A DNA stretch of 64,000 nucleotides. Source: a phage. Each line of letters begins with the position of its first letter. Position 1 is the stretch's first letter. The stretch is from the sequence record PZ445134.1; one strand, given 5' to 3'. The notes beneath the pieces are model-generated. The model made no database searches, had not been told where the DNA came from, and worked only from the letters and a program-made list of their open reading frames with translations. Shown piece after piece: positions 46,789 to 56,094 of this stretch. A program made the position numbers and the translations under genes.

Positions 46789-47374
46789 ATTCTCTACATT
46801 CCATAATAAATTGCTCAAGGATTAAATTGTTAGTGAAATTAGGACTAACAACCATGGTTTCATAAAGCGCATCAATAGCACTTAAAGCATCAACTCTTTT
46901 AAGCAAAGGCTTACCTTCATACATAGTTTCAGAATCGACGATTAACGTAAAGTAATATTTTTTATTATTGACCAGAACTTCTGTATCAATATAAAACATG
47001 TTAGATCTTAAAAGCTTGTCTCTAAAACCATAATAATCTTCAGAGCGTTCGCTGATATATTCCCATTCAGTGTTTAAACAACAAACAGACCATGTAGGAG
47101 CAACGAAATCAGTGAATCTAATATCATGGTCTGCAACTAGTTTAGCAATAGCTCCGATATCATGAATCATAATACCTGGGGCCAATAAAGATTTTCGGTT
47201 ATTTGCATATTCAGTTGTCTCATAAGAAGACGACCAGTACCATTTACGTCCAGTTGCAACATATCGTAATGAATCAACTAAAGACGTAGGTGGATTTACC
47301 TTATTTCGGAACTCTTCGAACATTGAGTCAATATCATTATTTTGGTTTCGCATGTTAACTCCTTTATTATCCAA
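46757..47374 (-). CDS. hypothetical protein
   Basis: 205 aa ORF. Confidence 0.5.
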   Translation of the reverse strand: MDNKGVNMRNQNNDIDSMFEEFRNKVNPPTSLVDSLRYVATGRKWYWSSSYETTEYANNRKSLLAPGIMIHDIGAIAKLVADHDIRFTDFVAPTWSVCCLNTEWEYISERSEDYYGFRDKLLRSNMFYIDTEVLVNNKKYYFTLIVDSETMYEGKPLLKRVDALSAIDALYETMVVSPNFTNNLILEQFIMECREYVKANPIHAN

Positions 47375-47402
47375 AAGGAGGACCGGAGTCCTCCGTATTA
47401 TT

Positions 47403-47996
47403 TTATTTCAAAGAGTTAATATATTCTTGTACATCAGCAGAAGTGGTTTCGACACCAGCTGGAGTGCCATTGAACGTTTCAACACGAGTCAGAGTGTCTT
47501 CGATATCAACCTTAGTCAGTGCAGCGATTTCAATTACATCATCAGCCGTAGAGATACCAAGGGCATTGGCTGCTCGAGTTTCACGAATGTATTCGAGTTT
47601 GATTGCCAGATTCTGACGAGCATCGTCAAGTTCAACCACCTTACGAGCAATTTCAATTCGCATAGCGGCATACCCGTCGGCTTTTGTATTAAGTTGTTCG
47701 GCAGTTCGACGATACAGAAGACCAAGCTTAGCATGCATGGTAACATCTTGTCCTTCAGCCAGGAGCTTACGAATTTCACGTTCCTTAGAAGCGGCTTGCT
47801 TGTTCTTTTCATTAACAAGTTCGCGAATACGTTTTTCTTCATTAATAGATTTAACCGAAGCCGTTTTTAGTTCTTTGATTTGGGTAATCAACTTATCTGC
47901 AGCTGCGTTATACTGTTCTTCGACAGTCAGATTTTTAGCCATAGCAGTACCCAGTTTAGTGCGGATGAATTCAACAAGTTTCTTCAGTGTGTTCAT
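47403..47996 (-). CDS. coiled-coil protein
   Basis: Start at ATG 47996 (MNTLKKLV) with AAAGG SD; ORF-track start is TTG; long heptad-like helical sequence. Confidence 0.55.
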   Translation of the reverse strand: MNTLKKLVEFIRTKLGTAMAKNLTVEEQYNAAADKLITQIKELKTASVKSINEEKRIRELVNEKNKQAASKEREIRKLLAEGQDVTMHAKLGLLYRRTAEQLNTKADGYAAMRIEIARKVVELDDARQNLAIKLEYIRETRAANALGISTADDVIEIAALTKVDIEDTLTRVETFNGTPAGVETTSADVQEYINSLK

Positions 47997-48037
47997 ATTA
48001 TTACCTTTCAATTGGTGGTTTATTATCCAACGAGAGC

Positions 48038-48066
48038 ATTATACTCTGCTCTCAAGAGTTTGTAAA
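48038..48066 (-). promoter_or_regulatory. T4-type early promoter
   Basis: Near-identical to 16727..16755 (TTTACA-17-TATAAT on minus strand). Confidence 0.55.
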
Positions 48067-48294
48067 TTATTTTTTAATCAAATTGACATAAAACTCGGCA
48101 TCTTCCGGGTGCATGCCTTCACAGTATTCTTCAACCATGAACTTCTTAACGGCTTCATAAGGACCACTCAGATTAAGCTCAGTTGTCCAGAACTTGGAAT
48201 CTTGGACTGAATCGATACGAACTTCAGGGTGACGGTTGCGAATAACTTCTTCGGTGTATTCATAATCAACGACATCAATACTAACTGTAGCCAT
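48067..48294 (-). CDS. hypothetical protein
   Basis: 75 aa acidic ORF. Confidence 0.45.
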   Translation of the reverse strand: MATVSIDVVDYEYTEEVIRNRHPEVRIDSVQDSKFWTTELNLSGPYEAVKKFMVEEYCEGMHPEDAEFYVNLIKK

Positions 48295-48340
48295 TTTGTT
48301 TTCCTCTTGATTTGATGTGATTACTATAACATAAACTTAC

Positions 48341-48505
48341 TTAGATGTAAATTATTTCAACGTCACCTTTAGCTGCTTTATAACCTTCAGCCCAAGATAC
48401 AACAGAGTTTTTATCTGAGGATTCAAATTCAGGCATTGGACTTTCACCAATATTCACACAGTATGTTTCTTCATTTTCATCGAACCAAATAATTAAAGTA
48501 GTCAT
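48341..48505 (-). CDS. small hypothetical protein (~54 aa), coordinates approximate
   Basis: Hand translation MTTLIIWFDENEETYCVNIGESPMPEFESSDKNSVVSWAEGYKAAKGDVEIIYI; promoter-like element upstream. Confidence 0.35.
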   Translation of the reverse strand: MTTLIIWFDENEETYCVNIGESPMPEFESSDKNSVVSWAEGYKAAKGDVEIIYI

Positions 48506-48574
48506 TTTGTTTACTCCTCTGTAGTTGATAAGTCTATAGTATCACCGTCCTTGGTGCTTGTACATCATTATTTT

Positions 48575-48907
48575 TTAATTTTTCCAACTTAACAACTTGT
48601 AGTGTCCTTCATTAATACGTGGTTTATCCCAAGAAATACTAATATATGATTCACTGTCAATAGAAGTCGCCGGGTTTTTCTCTACCGTAAGACCTTCACT
48701 TTCCAGCCATTCAATAGTATTTGCGCATAAATCAGAAGAACACCTCATCGGAAACCGGCAAGATTTTTCACCTTTAGCTGCAGTGTTATACATCTTTTCT
48801 AAAATACGCTTTTGCACGTTTTTAAAAATAGTTTCAGCAGATTCTTCAGATTTTTTATTCAGTTCAGTATAAAGACTCATAACATTCTTCTCATTAATAG
48901 GGCTCAT
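48575..48907 (-). CDS. hypothetical protein
   Basis: 110 aa ORF. Confidence 0.45.
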   Translation of the reverse strand: MSPINEKNVMSLYTELNKKSEESAETIFKNVQKRILEKMYNTAAKGEKSCRFPMRCSSDLCANTIEWLESEGLTVEKNPATSIDSESYISISWDKPRINEGHYKLLSWKN

Positions 48908-48937
48908 AATATCTCAATCATAAGCACATGTAAACAA

Positions 48938-49213
48938 TTATTTCATATTATTGAAATAATCTTCAGCGATTTCGTCATTATCATGGTAAACTTTGGTAGA
49001 CGATTTGGCGTAACCTTCAGCTGAGAACATATTAATCACAACCTTTATAGTATACCACTGTCCGTCTTCGTTACCCATTACTGCGTAAGTTTCAAACATC
49101 GGATGGTCAGGTCCAATAACTTTAATATCATTCACCGTACGTCCGAAATCTTCTGGAACGCATTTCATAAAGAAGTTGAACATTTCGCCGTAATTATCCA
49201 TTTCATTCTCCAA
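48938..49213 (-). CDS. hypothetical protein
   Basis: 91 aa acidic ORF. Confidence 0.45.
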   Translation of the reverse strand: MENEMDNYGEMFNFFMKCVPEDFGRTVNDIKVIGPDHPMFETYAVMGNEDGQWYTIKVVINMFSAEGYAKSSTKVYHDNDEIAEDYFNNMK

Positions 49214-49407
49214 GTTTTTTCTGTATCGGTAGTTGATAGTTGTATAGTACCACGGAAGAACAGGGATGTAAACAGTTTTGTGAAAAAATTTTTAAAAGTT
49301 TTTTTGGGAATTCTAGGGCAAGGAGAGGCAATTAAAGGATAGGATATTGTATTATAAAGGGAAGAAACTAAATGATGCCTAGAGAGGTCCAGAAAGGCCT
49401 AGATACT

Positions 49408-49434
49408 AAAAAGCCCCAACCTTTCGGAAGGGGC
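49408..49434 (-). terminator. rho-independent terminator, copy 3 of 3
   Basis: Same GCCCCUUCC-GAAA-GGUUGGGGC hairpin plus U-run, downstream of tRNA/small-RNA region. Confidence 0.6.
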
Positions 49435-49440
49435 TAAGCC

Positions 49441-49810
49441 TTGCGGCAACCTTGTCGGGGTTCCACCTACTAGGTAAGTGTTTGTACGAAACGCCGGGAT
49501 TCGAACCCGGTTATTAAGCAGTTGACGCTACTCAATATTTTTAAAAGGCCGTATCTCGGCCATATCCGAACGTTCCGTCAAAAACGCTACTCGGCTTACG
49601 GCAAAGATATTTCCTCGAATCGATAATTCTGTGCGCCGTTTCTGCTGTGATGTAAGGGGATATTAACAAATCGTAAAGATTTATTAAGACCAGTCCTTAC
49701 GCAGGGAACATCAGTCCGACGACTTACCGGTAGCGACCCGGTTTCTTGTTTGGTGCGCCGGTGAATGCTGGTAATCAGTCTTCATACGACGGCTTGACTA
49801 TATAATAGTC
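49441..49810 (-). ncRNA. tRNA-like / small stable RNA region (possible T4 rnaC/rnaD analogue)
   Basis: No ORF; contains perfect T-arm-like CCGGGUUCGAAUCCCGG and an 8-bp acceptor-like pairing ~90 nt apart but no canonical cloverleaf; also a GGCGCACCA 3'-end-like motif. Confidence 0.3.
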
Positions 49811-49816
49811 TTCATT

Positions 49817-49891
49817 TGGTATCCCGCCCTGGGATCGAACCAGGACCGCAAACTTAGAAGGATCGTATGCTATCCATTACACCAGCGGGAT
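49817..49891 (-). tRNA. tRNA-Arg (anticodon UCU)
   Basis: Hand-folded: acceptor AUCCCGC/GCGGGAU, T-arm CCUGG-UUCGAUC-CCAGG, anticodon loop CUUCUAA, D-loop with GG, encoded CCA. Confidence 0.75.
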
Positions 49892-49896
49892 GTAGT

Positions 49897-49973
49897 TGGT
49901 GACCCCGACCAGATTTGAACTGGTAACCTTTCCCTTATGAGGGGACTGCTGCTAACCATTGAGCTACAGGGCC
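49897..49973 (-). tRNA. tRNA with CAU anticodon (Met or Ile2)
   Basis: Hand-folded: acceptor GGCCCUG/CGGGGUC (two G-U), T-arm ACCAG-UUCAAAU-CUGGU, anticodon loop CUCAUAA, encoded CCA. Confidence 0.65.
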
Positions 49974-50069
49974 TAAATAACTTTCTATTATGAAAGGCAC
50001 TTTAGAGCACCTTTGGTAATAGAGGGTATGAATTAATAATAACACATAATTCTTAAAGCAAATTACGTT

Positions 50070-50360
50070 TTACCGTACCATATTAATGTAATTATATTCA
50101 ATGCAACGTAATTTCAAAGGATTCTTGAAAATATCATATTCAAGAGGGCCTTTTTCTGTTTCAATAAAGAAATCAAAGTTAACTGTGTTAAATTTATCAT
50201 CTTCATAGAGTAATTTAACCTGTGAAGACGAACGGTCGATGTAAACCTTTTCAACTTCAAAATTAGTCAAAATACCATAGTCATCGACTAGTGCTTTAGC
50301 TGCACGTTGATCACTTTCGTATCCATTCTCGACAGATTTTACTTTAGCATAAAGAATCAT
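50070..50360 (-). CDS. hypothetical protein
   Basis: 96 aa ORF. Confidence 0.45.
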   Translation of the reverse strand: MILYAKVKSVENGYESDQRAAKALVDDYGILTNFEVEKVYIDRSSSQVKLLYEDDKFNTVNFDFFIETEKGPLEYDIFKNPLKLRCIEYNYINMVR

Positions 50361-50716
50361 GAGTGTTCCACCACTTCAAAAGTATGTGCACTGACAATCT
50401 GGTACCAGTCAAAATTTTCTTCAGCATTTTTGTAGATTTCACGAAGAGCTTCAACAGTTTTTCCTGTAGCAACAAGATCGTCAATACCGCCAAGAGGATA
50501 ACAGTCACCAGCAAACAGAAGGAAATTAATAGTTTCTGTAGGTTCTGGATGCAGAACACCGTTATCGTCTACCACTTCAAAGAAAGTGTAAGAAGGAGTA
50601 CAAGTTTTAATCCAAGCCCACGCTTGAGCCGCTGAATCAAATGGTCTGCGTATCAAACGACAATCAGGGTCTTTAGAAGGATTTGCTTCAAAATCCGCAT
50701 ATACATGATATTTCAT
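50357..50716 (-). CDS. hypothetical protein
   Basis: 119 aa ORF. Confidence 0.5.
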   Translation of the reverse strand: MKYHVYADFEANPSKDPDCRLIRRPFDSAAQAWAWIKTCTPSYTFFEVVDDNGVLHPEPTETINFLLFAGDCYPLGGIDDLVATGKTVEALREIYKNAEENFDWYQIVSAHTFEVVEHS

Positions 50717-50902
50717 TTACTCACCTTTTGCAATTTTATCCATAACGATAGCGATTAAGCCTATTAGAAATGCTACTACCAACGAGATAGAATTTTCTGT
50801 TGTTGTCAGTAGTCCACAAATGAATCCTACAAACATCGAAAAACTAAAAGCCATTGAAGCAATTACTACAGCAACATTACGAATCAGTTCAGCGCGTTTC
50901 AT
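50717..50902 (-). CDS. small membrane protein
   Basis: 61 aa, two hydrophobic helices. Confidence 0.4.
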   Translation of the reverse strand: MKRAELIRNVAVVIASMAFSFSMFVGFICGLLTTTENSISLVVAFLIGLIAIVMDKIAKGE

Positions 50903-50971
50903 TTTATTCTCCTCAGTAGTTGATAGGGTAATAGTATCACTACCCTATATAAAAGTAAACGGTTTTATAAA

Positions 50972-51280
50972 CTATTTTATTCCGCGTGATGCAATCGTAT
51001 TCTGCCGTTTAACGCCAGTTTGTTTAAAGTTATGATTGTCGAGTTGATCGGTGCGAGCAACTCCGAATGATGATTTAATCTTAGCTTTAGATCCTTTAGT
51101 TATAGAAATAAACATCTCGGGAGCCCCTTTCTTAAAGTCCGAAGCAATTACTTCAACACCGTTCTTAGCAAGTGACTTCATAATTGCTTCCGCATACTCA
51201 TCATCAAGACCCGCTTGAGTATGAATAACGAATGTCTTTGGTGCAGCCGCTTCATTGATAAATTCTTTAAATGTTTTCAT
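50972..51280 (-). CDS. internal-protein-like protein with capsid-targeting sequence
   Basis: Starts MKTFKEFINEA; 102 aa. Confidence 0.6.
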   Translation of the reverse strand: MKTFKEFINEAAAPKTFVIHTQAGLDDEYAEAIMKSLAKNGVEVIASDFKKGAPEMFISITKGSKAKIKSSFGVARTDQLDNHNFKQTGVKRQNTIASRGIK

Positions 51281-51340
51281 TTTATTTTCCTAATTAATTT
51301 TGATGAGATAATAGTACCACTACCCTATCTAAAAGTAAAC

Positions 51341-51613
51341 TCATTTTAAATAAATTGCGTATTTTTTATAGCCACCAGGCTCGTGTCGAAGACCCCTATC
51401 ATTAGCAAAACGCTCAATGTTGTTAATTTGATTCTGGTCAAGTTCAGAGATGTCAAACACGAAATAGTTACGTTTGTTACCAACTGTTACATAGTCAGTT
51501 AAATCAATACCATATAGGTAATTGATGTCAGCAATCATAGTCTTGACAGCTTTGCTAATTTTTACTTTTTCGTTAAAAGTAGCTTCATTGATAAATTCTT
51601 TAAATGTTTTCAT
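51341..51613 (-). CDS. internal-protein-like protein with capsid-targeting sequence
   Basis: Starts MKTFKEFINEA; 90 aa. Confidence 0.6.
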   Translation of the reverse strand: MKTFKEFINEATFNEKVKISKAVKTMIADINYLYGIDLTDYVTVGNKRNYFVFDISELDQNQINNIERFANDRGLRHEPGGYKKYAIYLK

Positions 51614-51644
51614 TTTATTTTCTTAATTAATTTTGATAGGACCT

Positions 51645-51674
51645 ACTATAACATAGTCCTATCAACATGTAAAC
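51645..51674 (-). promoter_or_regulatory. T4-type early promoter inside inverted repeat
   Basis: Minus strand GTTTAC-18 nt-TATAGT; flanking inverted repeat AUAGGAC/GUCCUAU. Confidence 0.45.
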
Positions 51675-51676
51675 TA

Positions 51677-51940
51677 TTAAATACCTGCTTCGCGCTTAAC
51701 ATAAGCAACATAAGCTTCGATAGCTTTCTTGCTGGTAATTTTTACCTGACCGCGTCCGTTGCCTTCTTTAGAGTTTTTCTTAACAACTACATTACCATCT
51801 TTAACACCCCATACATGGACATAAGTACCGATGTTTCGGTCGTAGAACATTGCATGGTCGTTGTTGTAAGAGAATGATTCGTAGTTCTCTGTCAGAGTAG
51901 AAGATTGAGATTCAGCGATAAATTCTTTATACGTTTTCAT
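51677..51940 (-). CDS. internal-protein-like protein with capsid-targeting sequence
   Basis: Starts MKTYKEFIAES; 87 aa. Confidence 0.6.
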   Translation of the reverse strand: MKTYKEFIAESQSSTLTENYESFSYNNDHAMFYDRNIGTYVHVWGVKDGNVVVKKNSKEGNGRGQVKITSKKAIEAYVAYVKREAGI

Positions 51941-52017
51941 TTTATTTCCTTGAGGTCGTTTATTTGATAGGATGATAGTAACACACCATCATCCTTATGT
52001 AAACTGTTTTGTGAAAA

Positions 52018-52703
<686 letters not shown>

Positions 52704-52707
52704 TTTA

Positions 52708-53442
52708 TTACCTTAAGATTTTTTCAATTTTAGAATAAAGCTCTTCTAAAGAGCCGTCGTTTGTAATAACTAAGTCGCCTTCTTCAATAGGCAACCCAGC
52801 TTCTGTAATATGTTTATCAGTGGATTCCGTACCAGAGCGAACCACATGAATAACTGTAGCACCCATCGCTCTAGCGGTTTCCATTTCATGGACTTGACGT
52901 GTATCGGTCACAACGTAGTAATCGAAATCACTTCCAATATAATCCATATAGTTTAATGCAAAAAGCTTAACCCAATACATACGGTCAAATAAATTAACGA
53001 CAACATCCGTACCGAGGGCTTGCATAAGACGGCGGATCGACCACGTGTCGTTGATATTATTTATAGCTTCACGCAGGGCTTCATACGGTTTAATATCTAG
53101 ATATGAGTATCCACCTTCTAGTGATGATAATACGTTAACACCATTAATTGGCAGGTATTGTCGTTGTAAATAAATTAGCGTTTCTTCCATTAATTCAATA
53201 ACATCCAACTTATTGATATTTAATGGTGTTTCACGGTCGTATCCAATGCCTTCAAAGTATTCATATTTCAACTCAGTGAATACATCTGGGTTTTCGGCGT
53301 GTTTACGCTCCCAAGCTATTGCTAGAGCGTCTTTAATTGGATATGCTAATTGATATTTTACGGATTTAAAGTTTGAATTGATGTAATCAGCAGTAGTGTC
53401 TTTACCACTACGTTTGATGCCGCTTAAAAAGATTAGCTCCAT
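52708..53442 (-). CDS. 1: deoxynucleoside monophosphate kinase gp1
   Basis: 244 aa; MELIFLSGIKRSGKDTTADY... P-loop; matches my recall of T4 gp1. Confidence 0.9.
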   Translation of the reverse strand: MELIFLSGIKRSGKDTTADYINSNFKSVKYQLAYPIKDALAIAWERKHAENPDVFTELKYEYFEGIGYDRETPLNINKLDVIELMEETLIYLQRQYLPINGVNVLSSLEGGYSYLDIKPYEALREAINNINDTWSIRRLMQALGTDVVVNLFDRMYWVKLFALNYMDYIGSDFDYYVVTDTRQVHEMETARAMGATVIHVVRSGTESTDKHITEAGLPIEEGDLVITNDGSLEELYSKIEKILR

Positions 53443-53496
53443 AGGTTTTTCCTCATATAATTTATGAACGATTATAACATATGGAGCTAGAAGCGA

Positions 53497-54081
53497 TTAG
53501 CGCAAGGAAGGGTGTCTAGAAATGGATTTAGATTCAGCAGCCTGACGTGGTTGTTGAGATACAATGACTTCACCGTCTTTTTCTATCGTCATATACGCGT
53601 AATGAATAGTTGCTACGCAAGTAACGGCAGGGTCAGAGTCTTCAGTGTAACTAAATTCAATTTCGCTCAAATCGGAAATCCATGGTTTATAGAAATTTGC
53701 CGTCAAAACTACTTCGGTCTTATTGTTGTTTAAAATGTGCAAAGTAACAAACTCAGGACCATCGGTATGGGCTGTATTATGACCAGTTATATAGTTATTA
53801 GTGCTGAGCATCCATTTATACATGTTCATCCAGGACGTCATGTCTTCATCAACTATAAATCGTACAACAAAAGGGTCATATTCAAATGTGGTGCCTGCAC
53901 GCATTGCACGTCCTAACCCCATTGTGCCTGTCACAGTTTCAACAACAGGAATTCTCACACCTGGTAATGGAGCCGTTTGGGCATTGAGCACAAAACCTGA
54001 AGTTCGTGTACTATCTGGGATATCCACAACAAAGTTTGTTATATTTGTTTGGTTAAAAATCTGTCTCGCTGGACGAGTCAT
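53497..54081 (-). CDS. 3: tail completion/sheath stabiliser gp3
   Basis: Synteny and size; start taken at ATG 54081 (ORF-track start 54087 is GTG). Confidence 0.75.
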   Translation of the reverse strand: MTRPARQIFNQTNITNFVVDIPDSTRTSGFVLNAQTAPLPGVRIPVVETVTGTMGLGRAMRAGTTFEYDPFVVRFIVDEDMTSWMNMYKWMLSTNNYITGHNTAHTDGPEFVTLHILNNNKTEVVLTANFYKPWISDLSEIEFSYTEDSDPAVTCVATIHYAYMTIEKDGEVIVSQQPRQAAESKSISRHPSLR

Positions 54082-54183
54082 AAGCACCTCAAAAACGCTT
54101 TAATAAAAATGCAGTATAATGGTTTTAGGTCTCTTCCATTAATCCGGTTCAACAGAATATCAGAAGAACGGAAGAGAATAGAA

Positions 54184-55005
54184 TTAAGATTTCCAAACAG
54201 TATTCGCAGAGAAACGTTTTCCTTTTGACATAAACTGCTGAGTAGGTAACATGATTATGTTAGCCCAGTCTTTAGGAGCGATTTCTGTTATTGTTCCTCT
54301 AATGTGGCCTGGCAGGTATGCTTTAACCATTTTGTCAGCACCTTGAAATCCTTTCACCTTGCTCCAGTCTATCTTCAACTTTGTGTTATTAGTAATAGTA
54401 GTTGTGCTAGCATATTGCTTCAGCAATTCTTCAAGAAACTGTTGACGTGCTTTAGGCGGGATATAGTGCAAGTTTAGCCCATACATCAAATTATGTTTAC
54501 CTAATCCTAAATAAATAATCAAAGGATATCGGTCCCAATATGGCAGAGTATCTTTATGTTTAGCATCATACACGTAAGTATAAATTTTGCCTGGCGTAGG
54601 CTTGACTACTTTATGACCTTTTACACTTTTCTTAATTGTTTCAACGAACCACTTGGATGATTTGTTGTTTACTGCTGCACCTTCATTTCTAATCTTTTCT
54701 CGTATTGAACTGCGAAACGAGTTTATCATCAGAAGTTGACGTTCTTGCTTATTGAGTTTATTTTTAGGTTTAGATTCAAGCGTTTCAATTTTCTGTGCAG
54801 TCTTAATAGATGATGCGTATCTAGACATTGCAGATGTAAACGACGAGTATTTTATTCCTTTTGATTCTGCAAATGCTTTTGCAGTGATTCCTTTCTCTTT
54901 AGCTTTCTTGTATTCTAATCCTATCTCAATCCATTTTCTTTCATTTATAGACTGAGCAATCTTAGGGGCTTGTACGCCTTCAGATATAATTTGGAATATG
55001 CTCAT
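54184..55005 (-). CDS. 2: DNA end protector gp2
   Basis: 273 aa basic protein; synteny between 3 and 4. Confidence 0.8.
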   Translation of the reverse strand: MSIFQIISEGVQAPKIAQSINERKWIEIGLEYKKAKEKGITAKAFAESKGIKYSSFTSAMSRYASSIKTAQKIETLESKPKNKLNKQERQLLMINSFRSSIREKIRNEGAAVNNKSSKWFVETIKKSVKGHKVVKPTPGKIYTYVYDAKHKDTLPYWDRYPLIIYLGLGKHNLMYGLNLHYIPPKARQQFLEELLKQYASTTTITNNTKLKIDWSKVKGFQGADKMVKAYLPGHIRGTITEIAPKDWANIIMLPTQQFMSKGKRFSANTVWKS

Positions 55006-55007
55006 AA

Positions 55008-55457
55008 TTACCCCTTGTATCCGAGTTTTCTAAGACCGTCTTCGGTTAGAACTCGAAATTTTATATTTCTCTTTTCTGCGACAGCAGAAGCAGCTTTCCA
55101 TTTGTCACAGTTCACAGACCAGGTATATATTTCATTCATATAACGTTTCTTTGCTGCAGTCGTAAGATTTACAGGCTTAATAGGTGGTTGAGTTTCTTTC
55201 TTTGGTTTTATTTCTACAAAGAACTCTTGACCTGATGCATCTTTCATCCATATGTCCATATAGTATCGACGTTTCTTACCTTCGGCATTACAAAAATATG
55301 GAATTACTGCTGTTTCACTACCCCATGCAATAATTTCTGGATTTTTATCCAACCATTCGAAAAAGAATTTTTCCCAGTTTGAACGATACGTTATTTTGGT
55401 ATGGTCTCCACGGTATTTTTTTAAATTTTTCGGGACCCATTTACCAGAGTAGGCCAT
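55008..55457 (-). CDS. 4: head completion protein gp4
   Basis: Start at internal ATG (MAYSGKW...) with AGGAGG SD, giving 150 aa; ORF-track extension runs through the late promoter. Confidence 0.8.
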   Translation of the reverse strand: MAYSGKWVPKNLKKYRGDHTKITYRSNWEKFFFEWLDKNPEIIAWGSETAVIPYFCNAEGKKRRYYMDIWMKDASGQEFFVEIKPKKETQPPIKPVNLTTAAKKRYMNEIYTWSVNCDKWKAASAVAEKRNIKFRVLTEDGLRKLGYKG

Positions 55458-55468
55458 GTTGTCCTCCT

Positions 55469-55476
55469 TATAAATA
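55469..55476 (+). promoter_or_regulatory. late promoter (TATAAATA) for gene 53
   Basis: Exact TATAAATA on plus strand ~43 nt upstream of gene 53 start. Confidence 0.6.
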
Positions 55477-55483
55477 GTATTAT

Positions 55484-55491
55484 TATTTATA
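55484..55491 (-). promoter_or_regulatory. late promoter (TATAAATA) for gene 4
   Basis: Plus-strand TATTTATA = minus-strand TATAAATA ~27 nt upstream of gene 4 ATG. Confidence 0.6.
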
Positions 55492-55518
55492 CCAATTTCA
55501 TATTGGAAGGAGACTATC

Positions 55519-56094
55519 TTGTTATTTACATTCTTCGACCCAATAGGATATAGTGCTAAAACAGTTAATAAGAACGCACCTACTATTCCTATGACAGACA
55601 TATTTCGTAACTATAAAGAGTACTTTAAGCGTGTTGCTGCCAATTATAGATTACGTTCTTATTATATTAAAGGCTCTCCACGTCCTGAAGAACTAGCAAA
55701 CATAATTTATGGCAACCCTCAATTATACTGGGTCCTTTTGATGTGTAATGATAACTATGATCCGTATTATGGTTGGATTACATCTCAGGAAGCAGCGTAT
55801 CAAGCTTCTATTCAGAAATATGCTAATGCTGGCGGCGACCAAGTTCTTTATCATATTAATGAAAATCGTGAGAAATTTTACAATTTGGTTTCATATCCGG
55901 ATGAGCCTTTAGTGTGGTATGATAAAGGCGATAAAGCTCGTAAGTATCCACAATATAAAGGACCTTTAGCTGCAGTAGATACTTATGAAGCGGCTGTACT
56001 AGATAACGAAAAACTTCGTAAAATAAAAATTGTTGCAAAAGAAGATATAAACTCGTTTATCACAGATTTGATTCGTGAGATGGAGATTGCATAA
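55519..56094 (+). CDS. 53: baseplate wedge protein gp53
   Basis: MLFTFFDPIGYSAKTVNKNAP... matches my recall of T4 gp53; apparent TTG start 6 nt after AGGAG. Confidence 0.85.
   Translation: MLFTFFDPIGYSAKTVNKNAPTIPMTDIFRNYKEYFKRVAANYRLRSYYIKGSPRPEELANIIYGNPQLYWVLLMCNDNYDPYYGWITSQEAAYQASIQKYANAGGDQVLYHINENREKFYNLVSYPDEPLVWYDKGDKARKYPQYKGPLAAVDTYEAAVLDNEKLRKIKIVAKEDINSFITDLIREMEIA

Noticed and set aside
47352-48210. Plus-strand ORFs 47352..47870 and 47737..48210
   Set aside because: Antisense to the coiled-coil gene; Ser/Leu-rich composition typical of reverse-strand artefacts.
32869-49434. Possible CRISPR array suggested by the thrice-repeated 27-nt element
   Set aside because: Copies are 0.6 kb and 16 kb apart, not regularly spaced, and each sits at a gene 3' end followed by a U-run; they are terminators, not CRISPR repeats.
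49483-49575. Third tRNA gene around the CCGGGTTCGAATCCCGG T-arm
   Set aside because: No D- or anticodon stem could be folded and the acceptor partner is ~90 nt away; kept only as a low-confidence tRNA-like/stable RNA region.
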